Virus record (IMG/VR): IMGVR_UViG_3300037418_002777
From: an uncultured virus (IMG/VR IMGVR_UViG_3300037418_002777)
Lineage: Duplodnaviria; Heunggongvirae; Uroviricota; Caudoviricetes
Reading direction: 5' to 3' (one strand)
DNA: 32,331 nt
The notes beneath the pieces are model-generated. The model was not told the DNA's origin. It did not search any database and saw only the letters and a program-made list of their open reading frames with translations. A program made the translations under genes and the position numbers. This document shows positions 8,401-16,212 of this stretch, piece by piece (position 1 is the stretch's first letter; each line of letters starts with the position of its first letter).

Positions 8401-11400
8401 GGAATCCCTGCTCGACGCGAAGCAGATCCTGCCGGACCCGAAGGATGAGCTGGCACGCGTCAACGCGCTGAGCGTCTCGCTGCGCAAGCTCCAGGACGAG
8501 CGCAACGCGCTGCTGGCGCCGCGCGCGCCGAAGGAAGACAAGAAGGCCGAGCGCGATGCGTTGCAGGCGCAGATCGCCGAGAACGCCCTGGCCAAGGAGC
8601 TGTTCGACGTCAAGCAGAAGACCGCGCTGCTCGACCTGCAGTCGCAGCACCAGTCCGGCGGCTTGGGCGACGTCGCCTACATGGAAGCCAAGGCCGAGGC
8701 CGCCAAGCAGTCGGTGCGGTATGCGATCGCCCAGGCGCAGGCCGACATCGCCGTGGTTCAGGGCGCCGAGAACAAGCGTGCCGCCGAGCAGAAGTACCAG
8801 AACCAGAAGCAGGTCGGCCAGGCCCGGCTGGGCGAGATCGACCGCCAGCTGGCGATCGAGGAGGCCGACTACTTCGAGCGCCTGCACCGCCAGAACCTGA
8901 CCACCCAGGCCGAGGAGTACAAGCGCAGCGGCGACTTGGTCAACGCCTACCTGACCAAGTTCGAGGCGGACAACGGCACCGCCATCGCGCGCATGAACGC
9001 CGACCTGAAGGGCATCGACCGCGATGCGCTGGCGGCGATCCTGTTCGTCGACCCGGACAACACCGAGGCGCTGAAGGCCTACAACCACGCGCTGGAGCTG
9101 ACGATCGCGCTGCGCGCCAAGGCGAGCGAGAAGGACGCTGGCGTCAAGAACGCCGAGTTCGACATGGTGAAGAACCAGCTCGACTCGCTGGTGCGCACGA
9201 TCAACGCCCAGATGGCCAGCGCCAAGGAGACCGGCCAGGAGCAGGGCGGCCTGCTGGGCGCGCTGGGCGTGGCCGACGCCGCGCAGGGCATCCGCACCCA
9301 GCTGCTGCCGCAGGTGCAGCAGCTGGCCAGCCAGCTGCAGGACATCGCCGGCCGGTCCGGCCTGCCCGAGCTGGCCGAGAAGGCCAAGGCGGCCGGCATC
9401 GAGATCAGCAAGCTGGGCAAGGATCTGTCCAAGACGTCCAGCCCGTACGGTGACGAGTGGAAGAGTGTCTGGAAAGACATCATGGATGGCGGCCGCCAGG
9501 CCTTCCTGCACCTGGGCGACGAGGGCATCAGCTTCGTCGACCGGGTCGCGCATGCGCTGCGCGCCGGTATCCTCGACCTGCTGTGGCAGATGACGGCCAA
9601 GAAGTGGCTGCTGCAGATCGGCGGCTCGATCGAGGCGGGCGCGGCGGCCGGCATGGCCGGCAACGGCCTGCTGGGCGGCCTCGGCGGCGGCGCCGCCGGT
9701 AGCGCGCTGGGCACGATTGGCAGCATCGGCAGCGCGATCGGCGGGGCCGGCAGCCTACTTGGCCTCACTTCCGTGTCGGGGGTCGCTGGCGAGTTTCTTT
9801 CTGGCCTGTCCGGTTCCGCTGGTGCCGCATCCGCTGCGCTGGGTGGGGCTGAGTTGACGACCGCGGCCAGCGCTGGTGCGGCGGTCAATGCCGCGATCGC
9901 CGCGATCCCGGGCTGGGGCTGGGCGGCGATGGGCGCGGCCGTGCTGGGTTCGTTCCTGTTCGACAAGGGGCCGGAAGACCACACCAGCCTGACCTTCGGC
10001 AGCAACAACCTGCCGGGCAACGTCGACATCAACCACCACGGCAACGAGGGGAACAACATCCCCTATCTGAGCTCGGCGTCGACCAGCGCCTTCGGCACCT
10101 TCGGGGCGACCGGCGGCTTCTGGATGGACACCAAGAGCAAGCAGATCACCGACTTCGTCGCCACCGTCGGCAAGGTCGACGACGTGCTGGCGGCGTTCCT
10201 GACCGCAGGCGAGCGCAGCCAGGTCAAGGACTACCTGAGCAGCCAGTCGCTGACGGTCGACACCGGCCACGAGGGCTCGGACCCGAACGCCAACGGCCAG
10301 CTCGACGCCGTGTTCACGGCGCGCATCCGCAACATCCTGGACGGCGTGCAGGGCGGGCTGTCGTCGCTGGTGGACGGCTTCAAGGGCACCTCGCAGGAGC
10401 TGGCCACCGAGGCCGGCGCGATCCTGCAGTACCGCGCCGCGCTGCGCGACGCTGGCGAAGCGGTGTTCGGCGAGAAGGTCACGCTCGAGCAGCTGGCCGC
10501 GCTCAAGCTGCCGACCGAGGCCACCAGCGCCGCGCTCAAACGCGTGACCGACGTGTTCAGCGCGACCGACGTCGTCGCCCAGCAGATGGGCAAGTCGATG
10601 CAGGCCGTGTTCGGCGCGGTCGGCCTAGCCTCGATGAACGCGCGCGAAGCCCTGGTGCAGGCGGTGGGCAGCGTCGACGCGCTCAACACCGAGACCGCGT
10701 TCTTCGCCCAGAACTTCCTGAGCGAGGCGCAGAAGATCGCCCCGGTCAAGCAGCAGCTGGACGCGGCGATGGGCAGCCTGGGCTTGGCCGGCGTGACCAC
10801 CAAGACGGCGTTCCGCGACACCGTGCTGGGCCTGAACCTGACGACTGACGAAGGCCGCAAGACCTACGCCGCGCTGATGGCGCTGGCACCGCAGTTCCTG
10901 CAGGTGGCCGAATACACCGACAACCTGACCGGCAACCTGGAGGACCTGAACGGCGTGGCCAAGACGGCCGCCGAGATCGCCAGCGAGCGCAAGGATCTGC
11001 AGGGCCAGCTGAACCAGCTGACCAAGACCGACGTCGAGTTGGCCGCGATCCAGCGCGCCCAGCTGGACGAATCGAACCGCGCGCTGTTCGACCAGGTGCA
11101 GGCGGCCAAGAAGGTCAAGGACGCGCGCGACGACCTGAACAACGCGTATGAGGCCGAGAAAAAGACCCTCGAGGACCTGCGCGACCGGATGGGCAAGCTG
11201 TCGTCCGACTGGCAGAAGCTGCTGATCGACCTGAAGCTGGGCGACAAGTCGCCGCTGACGCCGCTGGAGAAGTACAACGCCGCCAAGGACGAGTTCAACA
11301 AGACGCTGACGGCGGCCAAGAACGGCGACGTCGATGCCCAGAACAACTACAGCGACGTCGCCAACAAGTTCCTGCAGGCCTCGCGCGACGCGTTCTCGTC

Positions 11401-12064
11401 GTCCAGCACCTACAGCGCCGACTTCGCCCGCGTGATGTCAGCCACCGCCGACGCGGCCAGCTGGGCGGCGCAGCAGGTCGACGTCGCCAAGGACAGCCTG
11501 AAGGCGCTGCACGACCAGGTGTCCGGCCTGATCGAGGTCAAGAAGGAAGTGATGTCGGTGCACGACGCGGTGGTCGCGCTGGCGGGTGCGCTCGCCCAGG
11601 GCGGCGACGTCGGACTCGGCGGAAGCGCGGCGGCGGGGCAGACCGCCGGCATCGAGGCACTGTACCAGGGACTGCTGGGGCGGCACTCGGACGCTGGCGG
11701 ACTTGCCTTCTGGCAGCAGGCGATGGCCGGCGGTGCCACGATGGCCGAGGTCGCCGACGCGATGACGCACAGCCCTGAGTACCGGGACCATCACCCGGAC
11801 ATGCTGTACAGCGGCAGCATGTCGAGCAGCCATGCCAACGAGGCCCAGAGCGTGACCGTGACCAACGGCCCGACCGGCGCCCAGATCGACGCGCTGATCG
11901 CGCAGCTGGCCAATTTGAATAGCGGGCAGGCGAACCAGACCGACCAGCTGACCAGTGCCACGCTCAGTGCTGCGGCCACCATCGCCGACAGCGTGGCGGC
12001 CGGCATCGAACAGGGGGCTGCCACTGCCTCCTGGCAGAACCGCAACACCGAGGTGATCCAATGA
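5480..12064 (+). CDS. Tail tape measure protein (2194 aa)
   Basis: Very long Ala-rich helical ORF after the chaperone frameshift. TP901-family-like core (RVADIFAKTAANSNTSVLEMTESMK...GGAAGTSLTNML), hydrophobic Gly/Ala segments, N-terminal WW repeats and a C-terminal DUF4214-like motif. Confidence 0.95.
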   Translation: MSEGIEGVGGPIDVPVTSSGAEGIERIVTALDRLHDALQGLGAVSGLTRLEQQMQLMQASMTTGFAAVAALAQKVENEAVAAAERASAKTLNVHQRRDVELNRLRGQAMADYVSWWDKMLSIEESRDTELNRMRQKSAAEYAAWWEKTAAERAAIEQRRDVELNAMQQKAAADYVSWWAKAAAEREAIEQRRDIELHAMRQRDLADYVSWWDRTLAVQEAATARQLAVAEAAAERQRVLNTNFMTAGPAAQIRSATQAQTYLQQPGATREGAIERYGSVAVASDVEALRAAHAALTPAVANSTSATEAHNRAMNEAHSLARGLAGSLGGLWLTYGSLVPLAAGAAIAGSLRQVVDVGAQVEHQLTNVLAITGSGVNLDQFLQVSDGSLHSLVEGANAMRMLAQNGLNASESLQVLPAILDLATAGEMSVGQAALAATGAASAFGLGYSEAGRVADIFAKTAANSNTSVLEMTESMKQASTVASLFKVSIEETAGMLGLLAKINVTGGAAGTSLTNMLTGLYEPTEKGKKALKELGVETSLASGQLKPFTQLLEELKGKLAGFTDAARVDFLGSIFTVRGTKAAELALSNLDAYKEKVQDAATASGFMADVVRKLEDDTTGGFQRLGVVVQNSFVRAFAQASPYVQHIALELTDAFKDGGSASTGLQNFSTNVARLTGALVDNLGTVTLVGAGYVGLRALGPTIGLLKEAAAASWVLSAAQAAETAAMGALTAANVAGAATAAEVTAVTTAQTAATEAATVASAAWSATLLPVLGAVAVAVGLGAAAWLLFRDNTDEADKTNQKIANSLQVVDEALERENKRLDENLKLWDAKNGVRLAPETVTQSAVDAARAQVQKLEQEARRRGFDPDEIRHPQESGYDAGSGVVTLTRSYDGLAEAIAKADKNLAGLESRKLFSDDVVGPKQALEKAQNATTQLRDELAKFYAQASERDSKGELYQQNAAVRAVSLKAAPLWESLLDAKQILPDPKDELARVNALSVSLRKLQDERNALLAPRAPKEDKKAERDALQAQIAENALAKELFDVKQKTALLDLQSQHQSGGLGDVAYMEAKAEAAKQSVRYAIAQAQADIAVVQGAENKRAAEQKYQNQKQVGQARLGEIDRQLAIEEADYFERLHRQNLTTQAEEYKRSGDLVNAYLTKFEADNGTAIARMNADLKGIDRDALAAILFVDPDNTEALKAYNHALELTIALRAKASEKDAGVKNAEFDMVKNQLDSLVRTINAQMASAKETGQEQGGLLGALGVADAAQGIRTQLLPQVQQLASQLQDIAGRSGLPELAEKAKAAGIEISKLGKDLSKTSSPYGDEWKSVWKDIMDGGRQAFLHLGDEGISFVDRVAHALRAGILDLLWQMTAKKWLLQIGGSIEAGAAAGMAGNGLLGGLGGGAAGSALGTIGSIGSAIGGAGSLLGLTSVSGVAGEFLSGLSGSAGAASAALGGAELTTAASAGAAVNAAIAAIPGWGWAAMGAAVLGSFLFDKGPEDHTSLTFGSNNLPGNVDINHHGNEGNNIPYLSSASTSAFGTFGATGGFWMDTKSKQITDFVATVGKVDDVLAAFLTAGERSQVKDYLSSQSLTVDTGHEGSDPNANGQLDAVFTARIRNILDGVQGGLSSLVDGFKGTSQELATEAGAILQYRAALRDAGEAVFGEKVTLEQLAALKLPTEATSAALKRVTDVFSATDVVAQQMGKSMQAVFGAVGLASMNAREALVQAVGSVDALNTETAFFAQNFLSEAQKIAPVKQQLDAAMGSLGLAGVTTKTAFRDTVLGLNLTTDEGRKTYAALMALAPQFLQVAEYTDNLTGNLEDLNGVAKTAAEIASERKDLQGQLNQLTKTDVELAAIQRAQLDESNRALFDQVQAAKKVKDARDDLNNAYEAEKKTLEDLRDRMGKLSSDWQKLLIDLKLGDKSPLTPLEKYNAAKDEFNKTLTAAKNGDVDAQNNYSDVANKFLQASRDAFSSSSTYSADFARVMSATADAASWAAQQVDVAKDSLKALHDQVSGLIEVKKEVMSVHDAVVALAGALAQGGDVGLGGSAAAGQTAGIEALYQGLLGRHSDAGGLAFWQQAMAGGATMAEVADAMTHSPEYRDHHPDMLYSGSMSSSHANEAQSVTVTNGPTGAQIDALIAQLANLNSGQANQTDQLTSATLSAAATIADSVAAGIEQGAATASWQNRNTEVIQ
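5760..6130 (+). repeat. Four WW-containing repeats in the tape measure N-terminus
   Basis: RDxELxxxxxxxxA(D/E)YxxWW; TGGTGG codon pairs at 5822, 5909, 6008 and 6107 (spacing 87, 99, 99 nt). Confidence 0.9.
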
Positions 12065-13533
12065 CCGACGCTGAATTTGCCGCCTGGCTGACCGACCCGT
12101 CGGCCCGGCCCACGACGCTGATCGAGGTGGCCCCGCTGATCGCGGGCGTGGCCACGCCGCTGTACCTGGCCACCGTCGGCTACACCACCGGCGCGGCCGA
12201 CACGCCGGCCAACACGCCCTACCTGGGCGTGTGCGGCACCGGCATCAAGCCGACCGAGGCGCTGTCGCTGGACGGCAGCGCGGCGCTGACGGTGGGCGAT
12301 ATCGAGGTGCACAACTACGGCGGGGTGCGCGACACCTGGCTGGGCTACGTGTGGACCAACACCCCGGTCACCGCTTGGGTCGGCGATGTGCGCTGGGCGC
12401 GCGCCGACTTCCGGATGGTGTTCAACGGCCTCGTGGCCAACCTCGACAGCAAGGGCCGGGAGGTCCTGAACATCAAGATCCGCGACAAGCTGGTGCGCCT
12501 GAACGCGGCGGCGACCGAGCACAAGCTGGGCGGCACCACCAGCAACAAGGACGAAATCATCCCGCTGGTGTTTGGCGAGGCGTTCAACATCACGCCGCTG
12601 CTGACCGACCCGACCACGCTCGAGTACCAGGTGCACGACGGCCCGATCGAGCGCATCATCGAGGTGCGCGACAATGGCCTGCCGGTGGACGCGATCAGCG
12701 TGAACCTTGCCACCGGCAAGTTCACGCTGAGCCAGTCGTCGGCCGGCGGCGTCACCGCCAGCGTGCAGGGCGACAAGCCGTCGACCTATGCCAACACGAT
12801 CGCGGCGACGATTCAGCGCCTGGCGACCGGGTTCGGCAAGAGCGCCGACCGCTTCACCCTGGCCGAGATCGACACGGCCAACTTCACCGCGTTCGACGCT
12901 GCCCACCCGCAGCCGATTGGCCTGCCGATCACCGACCGCACCAACGTGCTGGCGGCCTGCCAGCAGCTGGCCGCCTCGGTCGGCGCGCAGCTGCTGCCGT
13001 CGCCGACCGGCCAGCTGCGCCTGTACCAGATCAGCCTGCCGCCGGCCGGCACGCCGACCGACATCCTGCCGTCGATGATGGTCGAGAAGTCGCTGAAGAT
13101 CGCGCAGCGCCCGGATGTGGTGGCGGCCGTCAAGCTGGGATTCTGCAAGAACTGGACCGTGCAGAAGGACCTGCAGACCGCGCTGCCGGCTGCGCACAAG
13201 GACTTGATGGCGACCGAGTGGCGCACCGAAACCGCGACTGACGCGACCGTGCAGGCGACCTACAAGCTGACCGCAGACCCCCAGCAGCAGGACACCTTGC
13301 TGCTGCGCCGCAGCGACGCCGCCGCCGAGGCGGCGCGCCAGCGCGACCTGTGGAAGGTCCAGCGCACCGTCTACGAATTCGAGGCGCTGGCGCCGTGCCT
13401 GACCCTGCAGCTGGGCGATCCGGTGCGGCTGTTCAACTCGCGCTTTAACCTTGGTGCCGGCGCGGTCGGCATCGTCCTTTCCCGCGCGCCGGACTGGAAG
13501 ACCCGGCGCGTCACTCTGCAGGTGCTGGTCTAA
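12061..13533 (+). CDS. Tail tip/hub-like protein (490 aa)
   Basis: ATGA-coupled to the tape measure. IPLVFGEAFNITP and C-terminal LQLGDPVRL resemble tail hub/central tip proteins. Confidence 0.65.
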   Translation: MTDAEFAAWLTDPSARPTTLIEVAPLIAGVATPLYLATVGYTTGAADTPANTPYLGVCGTGIKPTEALSLDGSAALTVGDIEVHNYGGVRDTWLGYVWTNTPVTAWVGDVRWARADFRMVFNGLVANLDSKGREVLNIKIRDKLVRLNAAATEHKLGGTTSNKDEIIPLVFGEAFNITPLLTDPTTLEYQVHDGPIERIIEVRDNGLPVDAISVNLATGKFTLSQSSAGGVTASVQGDKPSTYANTIAATIQRLATGFGKSADRFTLAEIDTANFTAFDAAHPQPIGLPITDRTNVLAACQQLAASVGAQLLPSPTGQLRLYQISLPPAGTPTDILPSMMVEKSLKIAQRPDVVAAVKLGFCKNWTVQKDLQTALPAAHKDLMATEWRTETATDATVQATYKLTADPQQQDTLLLRRSDAAAEAARQRDLWKVQRTVYEFEALAPCLTLQLGDPVRLFNSRFNLGAGAVGIVLSRAPDWKTRRVTLQVLV

Positions 13534-13545
13534 TTGGGAGCACGC

Positions 13546-14565
13546 ATGGCACTCATTTTCATCGACGGCTTCGACCATTACAGCACGGCCGACATCAGCA
13601 AGAAGTGGGCCGGGTTCGGCGGCGGCACGGTCAACTCTAGCGGCGGGCGCCGCAGTGGCGGCTGCTACGTCGCGTCCAGCAACAGCAGCACGTACCTGAT
13701 CAAGGCGTTCGCCAACAGCGCGACCGTGGTCGCGGGCTGCGCGTTTTACCTGCCGAGCATCAGCGGTGGCGGGCATGCGATGGTGATGGCCTTGGGCGAC
13801 GGCGGCAGTGCCCAACTCACCCTGGCCGCCGCCCCGGACGGCACGCTGAAATTGTGGCAGGGCGCGATCAATAACGTTTTGCTTGGCACTGGCCCGGTGC
13901 TGGCCATCGGCACTTGGTACTACATTGAGATCAAGGCTACGATCAGCGACTCGATCTCGGCCGGTGCCTGCGTGGTGCGCGTGAACGGCGTGGCGGCGAT
14001 TACGCTGGCCGCCGGTGCCGACACGAAGGCAACCGGCAACGCTTATGCGAATCAGCTGTGGATCGGCCAGGTTGGCTCAAGCGGGAATAGCCAGCGCGTG
14101 GACGACCTGTACCTGTGCGATACGTCCGGCAGCGTCAACAATGATTTTCTGGGCGACTGCCGAGTCGATGCGCTCTACCCGAACGCCGACGGTGCGTACA
14201 GCAGCTGGGCACCCAGCACCGGCACCGCGCACTGGTCGCTGGTGGACGAGACCGCGCCGAACGCCACCGACTATGTCAGCGCCAGCACGGTTGGCGCCAA
14301 GGACAGCTATGCTTTTACCGACCTGACGGCACCCACCGTGTTTGGCGTGCAGGTGAACAACTACGCCTGGAAGGACGACGCCGGCGGGCGCAGTATCGCA
14401 AACCTGGTGCGCTCGGGAGGAGTGGACGCGCAGGGCGCGGGCACCGCGCTGGCTACGACGCCGCTGTACCTGTCGAGTGTGCACGAGACCGACCCGGCCA
14501 CCAGCACCGCCTGGACCCAGGCTGGGATTAACGCAGCTGAGTTCGGTTCTATCGTAACGGCGTAA
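13546..14565 (+). CDS. Putative virion structural protein, beta-sandwich/lectin-like (339 aa)
   Basis: GGGAG SD then ATG at 13546 (MALIFIDGFDHY). WYYIEIK...VRVNG...VDDLYLCD pattern is LamG/ConA-like; lies in the tail module. Confidence 0.6.
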   Translation: MALIFIDGFDHYSTADISKKWAGFGGGTVNSSGGRRSGGCYVASSNSSTYLIKAFANSATVVAGCAFYLPSISGGGHAMVMALGDGGSAQLTLAAAPDGTLKLWQGAINNVLLGTGPVLAIGTWYYIEIKATISDSISAGACVVRVNGVAAITLAAGADTKATGNAYANQLWIGQVGSSGNSQRVDDLYLCDTSGSVNNDFLGDCRVDALYPNADGAYSSWAPSTGTAHWSLVDETAPNATDYVSASTVGAKDSYAFTDLTAPTVFGVQVNNYAWKDDAGGRSIANLVRSGGVDAQGAGTALATTPLYLSSVHETDPATSTAWTQAGINAAEFGSIVTA

Positions 14566-14568
14566 GCC

Positions 14569-16152
14569 ATGACCAGCGCGCTCACCTCGCAGCTGGTCGT
14601 CGAAACACTTGGCACAGCTCAGCCGCATGCCGTATCTTCCCAGCTGGCCCTTGAGACGCTTGGCACCGCCCAGCCGCGCGCAACGTCCAGCCAGGTCTCC
14701 GTCGAGGTGCTGCGGGCGAATGTGACGAGCGCCGTCTCCGGACAGCTGGCCCTCGAGATTCTTAGACCTTACGTGATTGGAATTACCGACTTGAGCACTA
14801 TTGTCAACGATTGCGACGTCCTGCTGCAGTCCGGTTCGCGCATTGCGATCGGCAGCGGCGTGCCGCCGCGGCTGGACCTGACCGCCGATGCCTACCTGTT
14901 CAAGGTCACCACGGGCGGCATCGGCTCTCCCAGCACGATCAACCTGAAGGCGATCCTGACCAACCTGTCCGGCACGGTGACCTGGTCGGTGACCGGCGCC
15001 ACCGGCCTGACCACCAGCGGCACCACTGCGGTCCTGGCATTCGCCAACGTGACAGGCTCTTCGGTTACCGTGACCGCGCAGGTGACCTACCTGGGCCAGA
15101 ACTTCACGGCGTCGCTGGTGATCAGCAAGGCCACTGACGGCACCAATGGCAGCAACGGCAGCAACGGCACGCGCGGCACCGTCAACATCGCGGTGGCCGG
15201 CAGCTGGTCCGACAGCGCTGCCACTTCGGCGATCCAGTCGGTGACCGGCACCAGCCCGATCAACCGGGACGTGGTCAGCATGTACACCGGCTCGAGCTCG
15301 ACCACCAAGTATTACCAGAGCGGCTCGTGGCTGACGATGGACGCCTACATCGGCGGCAACCTGCTGGTGACCGGCACCGTGTCGTGCGCGGTGCTGGCGG
15401 CCGACACGATGGTCGGCCAGACCTACAAGACCGCGACCTCGGGCCAGCGCGTCACGATCAACGAGGGCAGCAACAACGCGATCACCTTCTACGATGCTGG
15501 CGGCACCCAGCGCGCGCTGATGGGGGGCTCCGGTGCCGGGGTCGTGTACGGGTCGGCGGTCAACACGGTCCCGGGCGTGTTCGGCTCCGGCGGCTCGGCG
15601 CCCGGCGTGTACGCGTTCGCCTCGTCCGGCACCGCGCTACTGGTGTCGGGCACGGCGACAATGGACAGCGTCAATTCGGGCACCCACCTGCCGGACGCCA
15701 ACAATGCCTACAACCTGGGCAGCGCCGGCAGCGCCTGGGCCGGCATCTATTCGGTCACCGCGCTGAACGTGACGTCGGACGCGCGCGCGAAGACCGACGT
15801 CGCGCCGTCCGACCTTGGGCTGGACTTCGTGCTGCGCCTGCGCCCGGTCAGCTACCGGCTGAAGGTGGGTGAGAACACCGAAGTGCTCGACCCCGAGGCG
15901 GTCGGGCCGTGGGCACCCGGTGCCGAGCCGTGGGTGGCGCAGCCGCGCCCCGGCGCGCGCCGCCACTACGGCCTGCTGGCGCAGGAGGTCAAGGTCGCCT
16001 TGGGCACGCGCGACGCCGCGTTCTGGTGCCTGGCCGATCCGGCCGACCCGGACTCGGCGCAGAGCCTGCGCTACGAGGAGCTGGTGCCGGTGCTGATCCA
16101 GGCGGTGCAGGAGCTGACCGCGCGGGTGCGGGCGCTGGAAGGGAAAGCCTAG
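14569..16152 (+). CDS. Tail fibre/spike with C-terminal intramolecular chaperone (peptidase S74-like), 527 aa
   Basis: Cleavage-site pattern TSDARAKTDV, then LRPVSY, HYGLLAQEV and a terminal coiled coil LRYEELVPVLIQAVQELTARVRALE. Confidence 0.85.
   Translation: MTSALTSQLVVETLGTAQPHAVSSQLALETLGTAQPRATSSQVSVEVLRANVTSAVSGQLALEILRPYVIGITDLSTIVNDCDVLLQSGSRIAIGSGVPPRLDLTADAYLFKVTTGGIGSPSTINLKAILTNLSGTVTWSVTGATGLTTSGTTAVLAFANVTGSSVTVTAQVTYLGQNFTASLVISKATDGTNGSNGSNGTRGTVNIAVAGSWSDSAATSAIQSVTGTSPINRDVVSMYTGSSSTTKYYQSGSWLTMDAYIGGNLLVTGTVSCAVLAADTMVGQTYKTATSGQRVTINEGSNNAITFYDAGGTQRALMGGSGAGVVYGSAVNTVPGVFGSGGSAPGVYAFASSGTALLVSGTATMDSVNSGTHLPDANNAYNLGSAGSAWAGIYSVTALNVTSDARAKTDVAPSDLGLDFVLRLRPVSYRLKVGENTEVLDPEAVGPWAPGAEPWVAQPRPGARRHYGLLAQEVKVALGTRDAAFWCLADPADPDSAQSLRYEELVPVLIQAVQELTARVRALEGKA
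14584..14770 (+). repeat. Four 17-aa (51-bp) repeats at the fibre N-terminus
   Basis: SQLVVETL / SQLALETL / SQVSVEVL / GQLALEIL; Gln codons at 14590, 14641, 14692 and 14743. Confidence 0.85.
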
Positions 16153-16178
16153 ACCGGGAGCAAGAATTGTGCCATGCT
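16150..16178 (+). promoter_or_regulatory. sigma70-like extended -10 promoter
   Basis: TAGACC (16150-16155), 17 bp ending in TGc, CATGCT (16173-16178). Confidence 0.5.
16159..16174 (-). promoter_or_regulatory. sigma54-type -24/-12 box, reversed
   Basis: Minus strand reads TGGCAC-AATTC-TTGCT, a full match to TGGCAC-N5-TTGCW. Confidence 0.7.
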
Positions 16179-16212
16179 CTTGCCTATCGGAACTTAATCC
16201 ACCGCAAGAGCC

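Noticed and set aside
6620..9553. 977-aa minus-strand ORF and other long antisense or alternate-frame ORFs (e.g. 11791-13815, 15637-17412, 17503-19599, 26984-28387)
   Set aside because: Shadow ORFs of high-GC3 genes: no SD, no recognisable motifs, and fully overlapping well-supported genes.
13547..13562. TGGCAC-N5-TTCAT (and TGGCAC-N5-TATTA at 17636) as additional sigma54 boxes
   Set aside because: They lack the conserved -12 GC and are explained by ATG GCA start codons.
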